Part shown: positions 14,441 to 28,343 of the stretch, piece after piece
How positions within the stretch are numbered: the stretch's first letter is position 1
How the letters are laid out: the number at the start of each line of letters is the position of its first letter
Source: Octopus vulgaris
Lineage: Eukaryota
Direction of reading: 5' to 3'
DNA length: 64,000 nucleotides
NCBI GenBank assembly: GCA_951406725.2
Contig: OX597840.1
Span: 27,776,001-27,840,000, forward strand
Notes under the pieces: model-generated
Databases searched by the model: none
What the model saw: only the letters and a program-made list of their open reading frames with translations
What the model was told of the DNA's origin: nothing
Program-made: the position numbers and the translations under genes

Positions 14441-14621
14441 CGGATTAAGTCGATTATATCGACCCCAGTGTGAAACTGGTACTTGATTTATCGACCCCCA
14501 CCCCCGAAAGGATGAAAGGCAAAGTCGACCTCGGCGGAATTTGAAACTCAGAACGTAACGGCAGAAGAAATACGGCTAAGCATTTCGCCCAGCGTGCTAA
14601 CGTTTCTGCCAGCTCGCCGCC
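13980..14621 (-). mobile_element. SINE family C interrupted by (TA)n and a nested SINE
   Basis: Minus-strand head GGCGGCGAGCTGGCAGAAACGTTAGCACG starts at 14621; tail at 13980-14010; 18-bp TSD CTTCTA(A/C)TAAATCATATC at 13962-13979 and 14621-14638. Confidence 0.85.
14141..14363 (+). mobile_element. Chimeric SINE: family A head fused to family B tail
   Basis: GGAGGCGCAATGGCCCAGTGGTTAGGGC...CTTTCACCAC joined to TAAAGGCGGCGCTCCAGCATGGCCGCAGTCGGATGACTGAAACAAGTAC-A-tail. Confidence 0.85.
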
Positions 14622-14885
14622 TTCTACTAAATCATATCGTTGTGGCTATGCTTGGGCGGAGGATGGGTGGGATGCACCGATTTGAAGAGAGGTTCGTTTT
14701 ACTATTTCGTGGGCGATTGACTCGACCCCGGTTCGTACTAGAGATTTTGTTGTCCTCGCCTTTTTTTTCTTTTCTAGTGTCCTATACTGCGTATATTTCC
14801 CTTCTAATGTATACCGGGTATAGATTTTATATTATGTCTGTCTTTGTATTGTCCTCTCATCCTTCGCCCTGGTGGCAAATAAAAG

Positions 14886-14953
<68 letters not shown>

Positions 14954-15003
14954 GTCGTCATCATCATCATCATCATAATTATCATCATCTCCATCACTTC
15001 CGC

Positions 15004-15040
<37 letters not shown>

Positions 15041-15176
15041 GTCATCATCATCATCATCATCATTATTATTATTATTATTGAAGGTGGTGAGCTGGAATCG
15101 AAGTAATCGACTTAATCTCTTCCCCAAAATTTGAGGCCCTGTGCTTCCTGTAGAAAGGATTATTATTATTATTATA

Positions 15177-15230
<54 letters not shown>

Positions 15231-15231
15231 G

Positions 15232-15634
15232 AAGGTGGTGAGCTGGCAGAAATGTTAGCACACCGGGCGAAATGCTTAACGGTATTTCGTGTCTACCGCT
15301 ACATTCTGAGTTCAAATTTCTCCGGGGTCGACTTTACCTTTCATCCATTTGGGGTCGATAAATTAAGTACCAGTTACGCACTTGAGGTCGATGTAAATGA
15401 CTTAATCCGTGTGTCTTTCCTTGTTTGTCCCCTCTGTGTTTAGCCTCTTGTGGGTAGTAAAGAAATAGGTATTTCGTGTCTGCCGCTACGTTCTGAGTTC
15501 AAATTTCTCCGGGGTCGACTTTGCTTTTCGCCCTTTCTGGGCCGATTCAATAAGTACTAGTTACGCACTGGGATCGAAGTAATCGACTTAATCCCTTCCC
15601 CCAAATTTGAGACCCTGTGCTTCCTGTAGAAAGG

Positions 15635-15636
<2 letters not shown>
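15232..15636 (+). mobile_element. SINE family C with tandem partial duplication
   Basis: GGTGGTGAGCTGGCAGAAATGTTAGCAC...CTTTCATCC..GGGGTCGATAAATTAAGTACCAG; body repeated from 15468. Another copy at 15723-15885. Confidence 0.85.
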
Positions 15637-15720
<84 letters not shown>

Positions 15721-16146
15721 TAAGGCGGTGAGCTGGTATAATCGTTTGCACGCCGAGCGAAATGCAAAGTGGTATTTCGTCAGCCGCTACCTTCTGAGTT
15801 CCAATTCCGCCGGGGTTACTTTGCCTTTCATCCTTTCGGGGTCGATGAATTAATTACCGGTGAAACAATGGGTCGATCTAATCATCTGGCATTTTCTGCC
15901 TCATTTTTTTGCCTCATACAACCTTTTCAATAGTCGGACTATTAAAGAGGTTGCAAGACGCAACGAAGATTTTAGAAATAAATGAATAAATGATTGAAAC
16001 TTGAACCAATGAGTGCGTTGCGTAATATGCCACTAAAAGAGCATGACTCTTCCCAGACAATAAAATATGTTTCAACACACGAATTCACATAAAGAATCCT
16101 GTGAATCAAATACAAAAAACGAAATATGTATATATATATATATATG

Positions 16147-16198
<52 letters not shown>

Positions 16199-16200
16199 CA

Positions 16201-16269
<69 letters not shown>

Positions 16270-16274
16270 TTATT

Positions 16275-16314
<40 letters not shown>

Positions 16315-16321
16315 AACATAC

Positions 16322-16409
<88 letters not shown>

Positions 16410-16567
16410 GTATGTATAGAGAAGGATATATGCATGTGTATCCTGCCACACGCGCAGCTATAAGTGCGGGGTTGTCTAAATATTCATGTATACCCACAAA
16501 CATATTATCTGCATATATGTACATATATATATATATATAGTTATACACATATATTTATATTCATGCA

Positions 16568-16606
<39 letters not shown>

Positions 16607-16794
16607 TCTCTCACACACACACGCACACCCACACATTTTACTCCCTTATATTCTGCCAGTTGTCCCCAGATCCTTCAATCAGAAACAAACAGGTTTGCTT
16701 TCCTTTCCGATGGTATTGAAAAATGGGATCGTGTCCTTCCTCCTCGTCTTTTTCTTCTGCTTATTCCTTTCATTCTTAATCCTATCATCATTGC

Positions 16795-16888
<94 letters not shown>

Positions 16889-16892
16889 GTCG

Positions 16893-16935
<43 letters not shown>

Positions 16936-17185
16936 TATCGTCACCATCGTCATTATTGTCAGTAGTAATTGTAGTAGTAGTAGTAGCAGCAGTAGTAGCA
17001 GCAGCAGTAATAGTAGAGGTAGTAGTAGTAGTAGTAGCAGCAGTAGTGTTATCAATATTATTATTATTAGTATTAGTAGTAGTAGTAGTAGTAGCAGCAG
17101 CAACAGTAGTCGTAGTAGTAGTATCAGCAGCAGTAGTAGTAGTTGTAGCAGTAATAGTAGAGGTAGTAGTAGTAGTAGCAGTAGT

Positions 17186-17302
<117 letters not shown>

Positions 17303-17514
17303 TTCTCCTTTCAGTTCCATCGTCTTTTCTTTTCTTTTTCGCTAATTAATTATTTTTTTTTACACATTTTTAAAGATTTTATTTCCTATTGTTTTTGTAT
17401 TTTTTTTCCCCATGTTTTTTTGTTTATATTTCACCTCTTCATAACTTTTATTTCTATTTTTATTTATTTCTATTTTCGCATTTATTTGGATTTTTTTCTC
17501 CATTTATTTTCTTC

Positions 17515-17546
<32 letters not shown>

Positions 17547-17797
17547 CTTCTTCTTCTTCTTCTTCTTCTTCTTCTTCTTCTTCTTCTTCTTCTTCTTCTT
17601 CTTCTTCTTCTTCTTCTTCTTCTTCTTCTTCTTCTCCTCCTCCTCCTCCTCCTCCTTCTTCTTCTTCTTCTTCTTCATCATCATCATCAGCATCATCATC
17701 ATCTTCTTCTTCTCCTCCTCCTCCTCCTCCTCCTCCTCCTTCTTCTTCTTCTTCTTCACTATCATCATCATCATCGTCTTTTTTCTTCTTCTTCACT

Positions 17798-17829
<32 letters not shown>

Positions 17830-18402
17830 TATTATCATTTTTCTACTTTTTTGTTCTTTTTTCTTTCCTCTTCTTCTTCTTCTTCTTCTTCTTCTTCTTC
17901 TTCTTCATTATCATCATCATCACCATCATTATCATCTTTTGTCATTCTCTCCCTTCTCCCTTTTCTTATTTTCCTTCTCCCCATCTTCTCTCCTTCCTTT
18001 CTTCATCTTTCTTTCCTCCCACCCTTCCTTCCTTCAACCCTTCCGTTCTTCCTTCCTTTCTTTCTTTCCCTCCACCCTTCCTTCCCCGGTTTCATTCATC
18101 CCGTGCCATTCCTAACTGATCACATTCTCACCTTTCCTTTCTTTAATCCGTTAATACCTAATCCCTTCTGACAGGTGAAAGATGTTTAAGCCAAACTTGT
18201 GTATTAATGTGGAAAACTCACACAGAGCGACGGGAATACACCGTGGCCATTGCAACTGACCAGCTGCCAAGTGACCACCACCACTACTACCACCGCCGCC
18301 GCCGCAACCTTCACCACCACTACCACAACCGCCACCATCATAATCCCCACCACCAACATCAACACATTTTCCGCCTACAAGCACTTGCACTACCACCACC
18401 GA

Positions 18403-18463
<61 letters not shown>

Positions 18464-18829
18464 ACTACTTTTACTACTACTACTACTACTACTACTACTG
18501 CTGCTGCTGTTACAACTACTACTACTACTATTACTACTACTACTACTATTGCTGCTACAACAACTACTACTACAACTACTACAACTACTACTACTACTAC
18601 TACGACTACGACTACTACTACTACTACTACTACTACAACTACTACTACTACTACTACTGCAACAACAACAGCAGCAACTACTACTACTACTACTACTACT
18701 ACCACTACTATATATATATATATATATATATCGTCCCCCAGTGGCTGGTATTTTTCACTCTTTCCGTTTCCTTACATTTCACTCACGAATCACCATCTCA
18801 TATATATATAAGAGATGGGTGCTTAGGTA

Positions 18830-20057
18830 TAGCAAGACCAACGGTGAACAGAAGGATGAGGAAGAGAATGTTCATATTGAAACTATGATGAGAGATGAGA
18901 GAACCGAGGAACAGGTATTCATTTTAAATGAAATCCTTGCTATTTGAACCTCTGGTGAATAGAGCCGCCATACCGGGTTCAAAAAGGTAGACAGAAAGAA
19001 ACTTAATGAATGGGTCAGGCAGATAAATTATGTCACTGGTGATATCAGGACTGGCAATACCTCAGGCACCAACAATCTGATAAATGCAATCTCGATCTTT
19101 ATAGCCCGGAAGTTTGGTTTGAAAGCCAAAGGTAAATGTCAACGTAACCTGAAGGAACCATGGTGGGAAAGGAAAATGACGCAGTCTATTAACGAGACCA
19201 GAAAACATATTGATATTCTGGAACGGAAAAAAAAGAAATGAAGCTCAGCGAATGATATATGTTGAGCTAGAGATGAAGTATAAGGTGAAGAGGAGGCGCA
19301 ATGGCCCAGTGGTTAGGGCAGCGGACTCGCGGTCATAGGATCGCGGTTTCGATTCCCAGACCGGGCGTTGTGAGTGTTTATTGAGCGAAAACACCTAAAG
19401 CTCCATGAGGCTCCGACAGGGGATGGTGGTGATCCCTGCCGTACTCTTTCACCACAACTTTCTCTCACTCTTACTTCCTGTTTCTGTTGTACCTGTATTT
19501 CAAAGGGCCGGCCTTGTCACTCTCTGTGTCAGGCTGAATATCCCCGAGAACTACGTTAAGGGTACACGTGTCTGTGGAGTGCTCAGCCACTTACACGTTA
19601 ATTTCACGAGCAGGCTGTTCCGTTGATTCGGATCAACCGGAACCCTCGTCGTCGTAACCGACGGAGTGCTTCCATCCATCCATAAGGTGAAGAGAAAGGG
19701 AATCAATGTTGTAATTGAGGAATTAAAGCAGAGGTTGAAGGCTAAAGCACGTAGACTAAAGAGATATGAACAGAGAATTCAGCAATATCGATTAAAGAAA
19801 CTTTTGGAACAAAATCAGAAACGAGTCTATCAGGAACTGGATAGGAAGGAAAAAGGTGAAAAAGCCGTGGCAGATGCTGAAGAAGGCAAAAGATTCTGGG
19901 CATATATGGTTTCAGGAGAAACAACACGAAACGGAAGCAGAGTGGTTAAAGACACTCAAAGAGAAGTAATGGACATTACAAAATACTCTGAGATTTTAAC
20001 ATACAGTGCGACCTAGTTATAGAGGCGAGACGACCAGACATCGTAATCATCCATGAA
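18830..20057 (+). mobile_element. R4/Dong-clade non-LTR retrotransposon remnant (N-terminal region fused to RLE domain), interrupted by SINE A
   Basis: Translates to GFKKVDRKKLNEW...KEPWWERK and ELEMKYKV|KRKGINVVIEELKQRLKAKARRLKRYEQRIQQYR...DAEEGKRFW, then KIL*DFNIQCDLVIEARRPDIVII (19980-20057), the RPD-type restriction-like endonuclease motif. Confidence 0.8.
19292..19681 (+). mobile_element. SINE family A, full length, (CCAT)n tail
   Basis: tRNA-like head; 12-bp TSD ATAAGGTGAAGA at 19280-19291 and 19682-19693. Confidence 0.95.
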
Positions 20058-20079
20058 ATTTTGGGGGAGGAGGTCAATC

Positions 20080-20242
20080 GATAGGATCGACACCAGTATG
20101 CAATTGGTACGTAATTTATCAACCCCGAAGGATGAAAGGCAAAGTCGACCTCGGTGGAATTTGAACTCAGGACGTAAAGACAGACGAAATATCGCGAAGC
20201 ATTTCGCCCAGCGTGCTTAACGTTTCTGCCAGCTCGCCGCCT

Positions 20243-20243
<1 letters not shown>
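20080..20243 (-). mobile_element. SINE family C
   Basis: GAAGGATGAAAGGCAAAGTCGACCTCGG...CTGCCAGCTCGCCGCC. Confidence 0.85.
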
Positions 20244-20321
<78 letters not shown>

Positions 20322-20576
20322 CAATGCACAGCAGACAACCTGTTATAATGCATGTTCTTGTTGTGGTTCTTATCTATGACCTTGGACCCAAAGAGATGAT
20401 TTAGTTTTCTCTCTAATCAATTCTAATATGACTTACCTGCAGAAATACAGGTAAGAACATGTTGATGTAAGGTGAGTAGTGGAGAAAGAGAGAAAGAGAG
20501 AGTGAACATTGATAGAAGTGATATAAAGACAATGTATAATATGTGTTGATATGTTTATATATATATATATATATAT

Positions 20577-20725
20577 AGCCACTATACACATTTTTTTCTC
20601 TCCTTGTTTTTTCTGTGTCCCTTTCTGTAGAAGAGCGTAGGTTCGAAACGTAAAAGACTTTTTCTATTCCTGAGCGTTATACTAATACATCTGTTTGTTT
20701 TGTACACCACCTGTCTTCGTCATTG
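20577..20725 (+). mobile_element. Family T1 element with variant hammerhead motif (20621-20656)
   Basis: CTTT-CTGTAGA-A-GAGC-GTAG-GTTC-GAAAC-GTA-AAAG; starts directly after (TA)n. Confidence 0.8.
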
Positions 20726-20765
20726 ATGGTGTTTACTGTTTTATATGCATACATAAATACATATT

Positions 20766-20797
<32 letters not shown>

Positions 20798-20848
20798 CGC
20801 ACACATATTAATATACGTACACATATATTCTAACAGAGATGTAGATAA

Positions 20849-20932
<84 letters not shown>

Positions 20933-20984
20933 GTAGATAGATTTATTGGATTCATTGGAATCTAGGGGCATCAAAAAGTAGAAC

Positions 20985-21205
20985 GTCAGAACTGGCTTCG
21001 TAATACAGTTCTATATTTAAGAGACGAGGAATTATGTACATTATTTATATTATTTACATTATTTACATTATTTACATTTGACGGATACTTGTCCTCATCT
21101 TGTTTGTTAACACGTTTCGGCTGAAATACCCTCCAGCCTTCATCAGGTGCCTTGAGGAAATTTCGAACCTTGGTTCTCATTCCAAAAGTACTTTTTCGAA
21201 GTTGT
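20985..21205 (-). mobile_element. Penelope-like pLTR-type repeat with hammerhead core lacking the cleavage triplet
   Basis: Minus strand GCAC-CTGATGA-A-GGCTG-loop-CAGCC-GAAAC-GTGT (21110-21150); adjacent to (TTA)n. Confidence 0.6.
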
Positions 21206-21207
21206 TA

Positions 21208-21313
<106 letters not shown>

Positions 21314-21333
21314 CATCATCATTATCATCATCA

Positions 21334-21414
<81 letters not shown>

Positions 21415-21419
<5 letters not shown>

Positions 21420-21567
21420 ATAGAAAGGATTTGAGGTAATTCCTTCTGAAGGTATAGAGTCAAAATTAAAACGAGAGTGCCATTGTCATCTATATAACAA
21501 TGGCATTCTTCTTTTAATTTTGACTCTATATCTTCAGAAGGAATTACCTCAATCCTTTCTATATTAA
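21415..21567. repeat. Imperfect ~72-bp-arm palindrome abutting (TTA)n
   Basis: TTAATATAGAAAGGATTTGAGGTAATTCCTTCTGAAG... / ...CTTCAGAAGGAATTACCTCAATCCTTTCTATATTAA; partial third copy at ~21640-21680. Confidence 0.9.
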
Positions 21568-21692
21568 CCAAAATGAAGTAGATTGACAAAATTATTTTTT
21601 TAACCTGTTGAAGACAAATAAGATGTCGAAATATCGTTCATTAGATGACAATGGCACTCTCCTTTTAATTTCGACACTACTACAACTATTAA

Positions 21693-21794
<102 letters not shown>

Positions 21795-22002
21795 CAAGGG
21801 GACGAGCTAGATGAATTGATAGCATGCCGGGTGATATATATAGCTGTATTTCGTCTGTCTTCCCGTTCTGAGTTCAAATTCCGCCAGGGTCGGCTTTGCC
21901 TTTCATCCTTCCGAGGTAGATATATTAAGTTCTAGTAAAACACTGCAGGTCATTGTAATCGCCTTATCGCCTCCCTACAAAAGAGGCTGCCCTTGTGGAA
22001 AA

Positions 22003-22067
<65 letters not shown>

Positions 22068-22068
<1 letters not shown>

Positions 22069-23176
22069 GAGTGAGAGAGCAATGCATGCCATCAAAGTGA
22101 CACTGGGGTAAAATATACGAAGCTCAGGATACCCATCATGACTACCCGTCTGATAAGGGTACACAAGGCACATGCATCACAACCATATGTGCGCGACATG
22201 GTGATCTCATATCAAGATAAACAGCGCATGACCTTGCAGGTGGGGCCCAGTTAGAATTTTCTTCTGGTCGAGTAGCCCATCCCGCTCAAAAGGTCCATGA
22301 ATAAGGGTTGTTTAAGGATTTTGAACGAAACACCCATGTTTCCAGAAGCGAATAATCCAAACTCCAAAGAATCCCTCTCAACACATTTCTATGATGTTCC
22401 CCCATTACTTCTGCTTTTGATCAGAGATGCACATATCGTTAGCCACCAAAAGACATGCTCAACTGGTTAAGGTAAAAAAACTGACAAGCAAATCTGTGGT
22501 TTTGAGCAGAATATTTGCTGTAGCCCATCTTTTATACCAAGACAAAACAATGTACATGATAACACTTCCAATCAGTTAAGATCAGAAGCCATGAGAGTTA
22601 TTATTATTATTATTATTATTGAGTGAGAGAGCAGTTCATGCCATCAAAGTGACACTGGGGTAAAATATACGAAGCCCAATATACCCATCATGACTACCCG
22701 TCTGATAAAGGTACACCAGGCACATGCATCACAACCATATGTGCGCGACATGGTGATCTCATATCAAGATAAACAGCACATGACCTTGCAGGTGGGGCCC
22801 AGTTAGAATTTTCTTCAGGTTGAGTAGCCCATCCCGCTCAAACGGTCCCTGAATAAGGGTTGTTTAAGGATGTTGAAAGAACCACCCATGTTTCCAGAGG
22901 TGAACTATTCAAACCCCAAAGAATCCCTCTCAACACATGGCTATGATGCTCCCCCACTACTTCTGCTCGTGATCAGAGATGCACATATCGTCAGCCATTA
23001 AGGGACATGATCAACTGGTTAAGGTCAAACAACTGACAAGCAAATCTGTGGTATTGAGCAGAATATTTGCTGTAGCCCATCTTTTATACCAAGACAAAAC
23101 AATGTACATGATAACACTTCCAATCAGTTAAGATCAGGAGCCATGAGAGCCACTGCCTGGTACTGCATCAGGGCAT
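22068..23176. mobile_element. Two tandem, diverged copies of a ~530-550-bp interspersed element, each preceded by (TTA)n
   Basis: Copy 1 at 22068-22598 and copy 2 at 22620-23176; both start TGAGTGAGAGAGCA..CATGCCATCAAAGTGACACTGGGG and differ by scattered substitutions. Confidence 0.85.
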
Positions 23177-23249
23177 TAGGTACTGCATCAGGGCACCTGG
23201 TACTGCATCAGGGCACCTGGTACTGCATCAGGGCACCTGGTACTGCATC
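23159..23249. repeat. 20-bp terminal tandem repeat (~4.5 copies)
   Basis: GGTACTGCATCAGGGCA(TTA/CCT) units start at 23159, 23179, 23199, 23219 and 23239. Confidence 0.95.
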
Positions 23250-23282
23250 TATTATTATTATTAATATTATTATTATTATTTG

Positions 23283-23327
<45 letters not shown>

Positions 23328-23343
23328 CACCACCACCACCACC

Positions 23344-23380
<37 letters not shown>

Positions 23381-23435
23381 ACGTTGCTTTCCTTTTGTTG
23401 TATTTTTTTTTGTCCTTAATCAAGCCATGTCGATT

Positions 23436-23497
<62 letters not shown>

Positions 23498-24600
23498 AAA
23501 AAAAACACATTGTTTACATTTCTTGCGATAATCTCGTTGTGTGTCGCCTCTTCATTGGCCAAGACACTATGATCAGATTGTTTCAGCTGATAACTGTGAA
23601 ACTTGCTGCTATCGGGACACCTTTTGACCCTGAGTTTAAAGCAAGAAGCGTGTGGGAAAAACTCTCTGGCACAGATTCTGACAGAAAGCCTTGTTGTTCT
23701 TTTTGTTTTCGTAGTTAGATATATTTATTTATTTATTTATCTATTTATTTATTTATGTATTTATTGTTGCTTTTCTATGGCTTTATATTTTCAGAAGTAA
23801 TCCCTTCTACTAAAGGCACAAGGCCCTGAAATTCCGGGGAAAGAGGATAGTTGATTGCAATTAACTCCCAGTGTCCATATCGTACTTATTTATCGACCCC
23901 CCGAAAAGATAAAACGCATAGTCGGCCTCGGCGGGATTTGAACTCAGAAAAATAAGCCTTGAAGGAAATTTTAGTCGAATGAATCGAGCCGCCCAGTCCT
24001 TATTGTCTGTTAAGCGTGGTACTTATTCAATCGGTTACTTTTTGCCGAATTGCTAGGTTACTGGTCCCAAACACGGTTATGAAACGATGGTGGAAACATC
24101 CACAAAGACACACATACAACCACAGGCATAAAGACACACATACATACATACACTCTCTTTCACACATGTACGCACACACTCACACACACACACACTCACA
24201 CATGCACACACACACACACACACACACTCATATGGTAAGCATTTCATCCGGCGTGCCAATGAATCAGTCAGATCGCCATCTTTATAATAATCATTTCTAC
24301 AACAGGAACAAGGCGTGAAATTTGAGTGGATTACATCGGTCCCCAGGGTTTTACTAGTACTTATTTTATCGCCCCGGGAAAGATGATAGGCAAAGTCGAC
24401 CCTGGCGAAATTTGAACACAGAACGTAAAGAGAAAAATAGAAGACCATTTGTCTGACTATACTACAAGTCTTTGCAATAAAAATAATACAAAGAGACGGT
24501 TTTCTGCTCGAGGTCTACGAATCTTCACGTCGCGTGGAGCCTTTCCTTTCGTTTGTCCACTCACTCGTGTGTGTGTGTGCTTATAGATACACACATGCAC

Positions 24601-24986
24601 GGAGGCGCAATGGCCCAGTGGTTAGGGCAGCGGACTCGCGGTTATAGGATCGCGGTTTCGATTCTCAGACCGGGCGTTGTGAGTGTTTATTGAGCGAAAA
24701 CACCTAAAGTTCCACGAGGCTCCGGCAGGGGATGGTGGTGATCCCTGCTGTATTCTTTCACCATAACTTTCTCTCACTCTTTCTTCCTGTTTCTGTTGTA
24801 CCTGTATTTCAAAGGGCCGGCCTTGTCACTCTCTGTGTCACGCTGAATATCCTCGAGGACTATGTTAAGGGTGCACGTGTCTGTGGAGGGCTCAGCCACT
24901 TACACGTTAATTTCACGAGCAGGCTGTTCCGTTGATTCGGATCAACCGGAACCCTCATCGTCGTAACCGACGGAGTGCTTCTAAAA
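24601..24986 (+). mobile_element. SINE family A, full length
   Basis: Highly similar to 19292-19681; TSD ACAC(A/G)CATGCAC at 24589-24600 and 24987-24998. Confidence 0.93.
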
Positions 24987-25394
24987 ACACGCATGCACAC
25001 ATACACGCGCATATATGATTTATTGTATCCACTTTAATAGTTCACGTCAGTAGCTTCCGTGAGACAGAAATTTTGCGGTTTTATAGTAATCTGGTACTCA
25101 GTTGATTTTACCGCCAAATATATATCTCTTCAGAGCAAAGTTCACTATCCTTCTTCTCCCCTCCCAGCTCCCTCCTTCTCATTCTGTCGGTCGCTGATAA
25201 GAAATGACTGTATGAGGTCACTGCTTGCTTTGCGTTCCACACCTCAAAGCGATTAAATCGTGTTCCCAAAAGGTGTGAGGCATCTTGTACTAACAACTGT
25301 GTTAAAGATACATTCAGAGAACCGTTGTCTTCATTTAAATGTTGGTTACATAGATACAGAGAACCTCATATATATATATATATATATAACTGAC

Positions 25395-25472
25395 GGATAG
25401 AACTGACTGGAGGACACTGATCCATCGAGTAACCGAGAGTCGACTTCGACTGAGCGGATAGATAGATAGATA
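25395..25472 (+). mobile_element. RTE 3' terminal fragment with (ATAG)n tail
   Basis: Reverse complement of ~2836-2913. Confidence 0.85.
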
Positions 25473-25814
25473 AACTTCTTTGCCATTCATCCTCTCAGGG
25501 TCAATGAAATAAGTACCAGTTAAACACTGGGTTCAATGTTACAGACTTAACCCCCACCCCCGAAGTTGCTGGCCTTGTGCCAAAATTGGAACTCATTTTA
25601 TAAACTTACTCCTTTATTTAATCTATTACTTGCAATTTTGATCGTTAGCACTTTATCTCTCTTCAAAGCATGTCAACACACACAAACACGCATCAACACC
25701 CACATACACAAACTCATAAACACACACATGCGTAGATTATCTGACTGATGAATATTAACACCTTGGAGCCATGTGTGGGCTTGTTTATGTGTGCGTATAT
25801 ATATATATATATAT

Positions 25815-26212
25815 ATAAATATATAAAAGTGAAGTTGTGTGTCTGTCTCCTACGATTTAGATTCCTAACTCCTCCCACATTTTGCGGTGCAGTTTAACCA
25901 AAACCGGGTATCTTATAGTCGTGATTCATATCGAGCCCTTCTGGGTATTAGCGCGCGTCTACGATGAGTCTACGATTTAAAAAAAAAAATTACCATCATT
26001 TTTTTCCATTTTAATGCATTTTTTCGCTATTATATAAGGGAAGTAACTCTCTAAAAATGTCTACGAAGAGTCAACGATTTAAAATAAAAAATTACCATAA
26101 TTTTTTTTCCATTTTTAATGCATTTTTTTGCTATTTTTTGGCTATAACTCTCTAAAAATGCTTATATAGTTATTTCCCTTACAAACCCGAGCAACACCGG
26201 GCGATACTGCTA

Positions 26213-26213
<1 letters not shown>
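25815..26213 (+). mobile_element. Non-autonomous Helitron
   Basis: 3' hairpin CCCGAGCAACACCGGG followed by CTAG (26210-26213) then T; TATATAAAA-type 5' end in a (TA)n tract; no TSD. Confidence 0.8.
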
Positions 26214-26259
<46 letters not shown>

Positions 26260-26632
26260 AACTCACATACGGACGCATACCCAAGACTTTTCTATAGTAG
26301 AAGATTCTTGCTCAAGGTGTCATGCAGTCGGTTCGAACCGGGAACCTTTTGCTCCTCTCTGTGTCTGTCCGACTGCCTGTCTGCCTCTCTCTCTCCTACC
26401 TTCCATTCTCTCTCTCTTCTCTTCTCTCTCTCCCTCCCCCTCTCTCTCTCTCTCTCTTTCTCTTTGTGTTTCTTACCTTCTCGAGACATTCATCTTCTCT
26501 GCTTGCTATTTTTGTTATCTGTTTGTTTGCTTGTTTGTTTGTGTTATTGTACAAATGGTTGCGAGAGTGTTTTCATCAAGTTCTTATCATTTGGACATTG
26601 GACCAACAAAAGAAAAGCAAGATGTGTATGTA

Positions 26633-27093
<461 letters not shown>

Positions 27094-27310
27094 AGATAGA
27101 TAGATAGATAGATATATAGATAGATGTAGGTATGTGTTATTGCGTGTGTAGTATGTTTGTGAGTTGCGTGTTTGTGTGTGACTGCTTGTGTGTGGGTGTG
27201 GGTAGTGAGAGAAGCGCCTATAATTATTTTTGTTTGTTTATTCGTAGGTCAATGTTGATCAATCATAATTGTAAACAAAAACAATAAGACAAGGCAGAAA
27301 AATCAAAACG

Positions 27311-27463
27311 AGGCGCAAACGTGGTTGTGTGGTAAAGAAGCTTGCTTCCCAACCACATGGTTCCAGGTTCACTCCCATTGCGTTGCACCTTTTCTACTAG
27401 AAACTCGGCCGACCAAAGCCTTGTTAGTGAATTTGGATGACGGACACTGAAAGAAGCCCGTCG
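27311..27463 (+). mobile_element. SINE family B, 5' half
   Basis: GGTTGTGTGGTAAAGAAGCTTGCTTCCCAACCACATGGTTCCAGGTTCACTCCCA...CTGAAAGAAGCCCGTCG. Confidence 0.82.
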
Positions 27464-27664
27464 TACACACACACACACACACACACACATACACATATAT
27501 ATGAATTTAAAATAATAAGGGTGAAAAATTGAATGTGCTAAATTTTTGCTAAATTTATTTTGCTAAATATTGCTAAATTTCTTGAGAACATTCCTTTCTT
27601 AGTGGTAAGACCATAGTGGATGTACTTCTAGCATAATGGATGTCCACGTAGTGGTCATCCCCCT

Positions 27665-27714
<50 letters not shown>

Positions 27715-27739
27715 CGTATCTATATCTTTGTGTCTGTAT

Positions 27740-27740
<1 letters not shown>

Positions 27741-27770
<30 letters not shown>

Positions 27771-27881
27771 AAGAAGAAGAAGAAGAAGAAGAAGAAGAAG
27801 AAGAAGAAGAAGAAGAAGAAGAAGAAGAAGAAGAAGAAGAAGAAGAAGAAGAAGAAGAAGAAGAAGAAGAAGAAGAAGAAG
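27741..27881. repeat. Pure (AAG)n microsatellite
   Basis: Direct reading. Confidence 0.97.
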
Positions 27882-28273
27882 AGAAAATGAAAGTTGATAA
27901 AAACATAAAGAACGACAAAGACTCTTCGGTCCCAAATGATATTTCTATTTTTTCTTATAATTCTATTTTTCATTTTTTTGTGGGGGTGATGTGGGGTGGT
28001 GGTGGTGGAAATATTGCGATTGCGAGGCGTCAGCAGTTCCAAGAAACCGTTTATTGTCTGACGTTAAATTGTTAGAAAATGGCGAGAATTTCAAGAGGAA
28101 TCCGTTCAGGAAATATAAGGGAACTCGCAGGAATGATCCGGAGAATGATCCGTGAATCCAATTAAACGGAGACACAATCGGACATTTTGTGTGCTTGCTC
28201 ATATCTGTGAGTCCTTATGTATATATGTGTATATATGTGTGTATATATATATGTATATATATATATGTATATA

Positions 28274-28343
<70 letters not shown>

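Noticed and set aside
19292-19365. tRNA-like sequence
   Set aside because: It is the head of a multi-copy SINE with body, tail and TSD, not a tRNA gene.
23159-23249. Short regular repeats suggestive of a CRISPR array
   Set aside because: Units are contiguous with no unique spacers; eukaryotic context and no cas genes.
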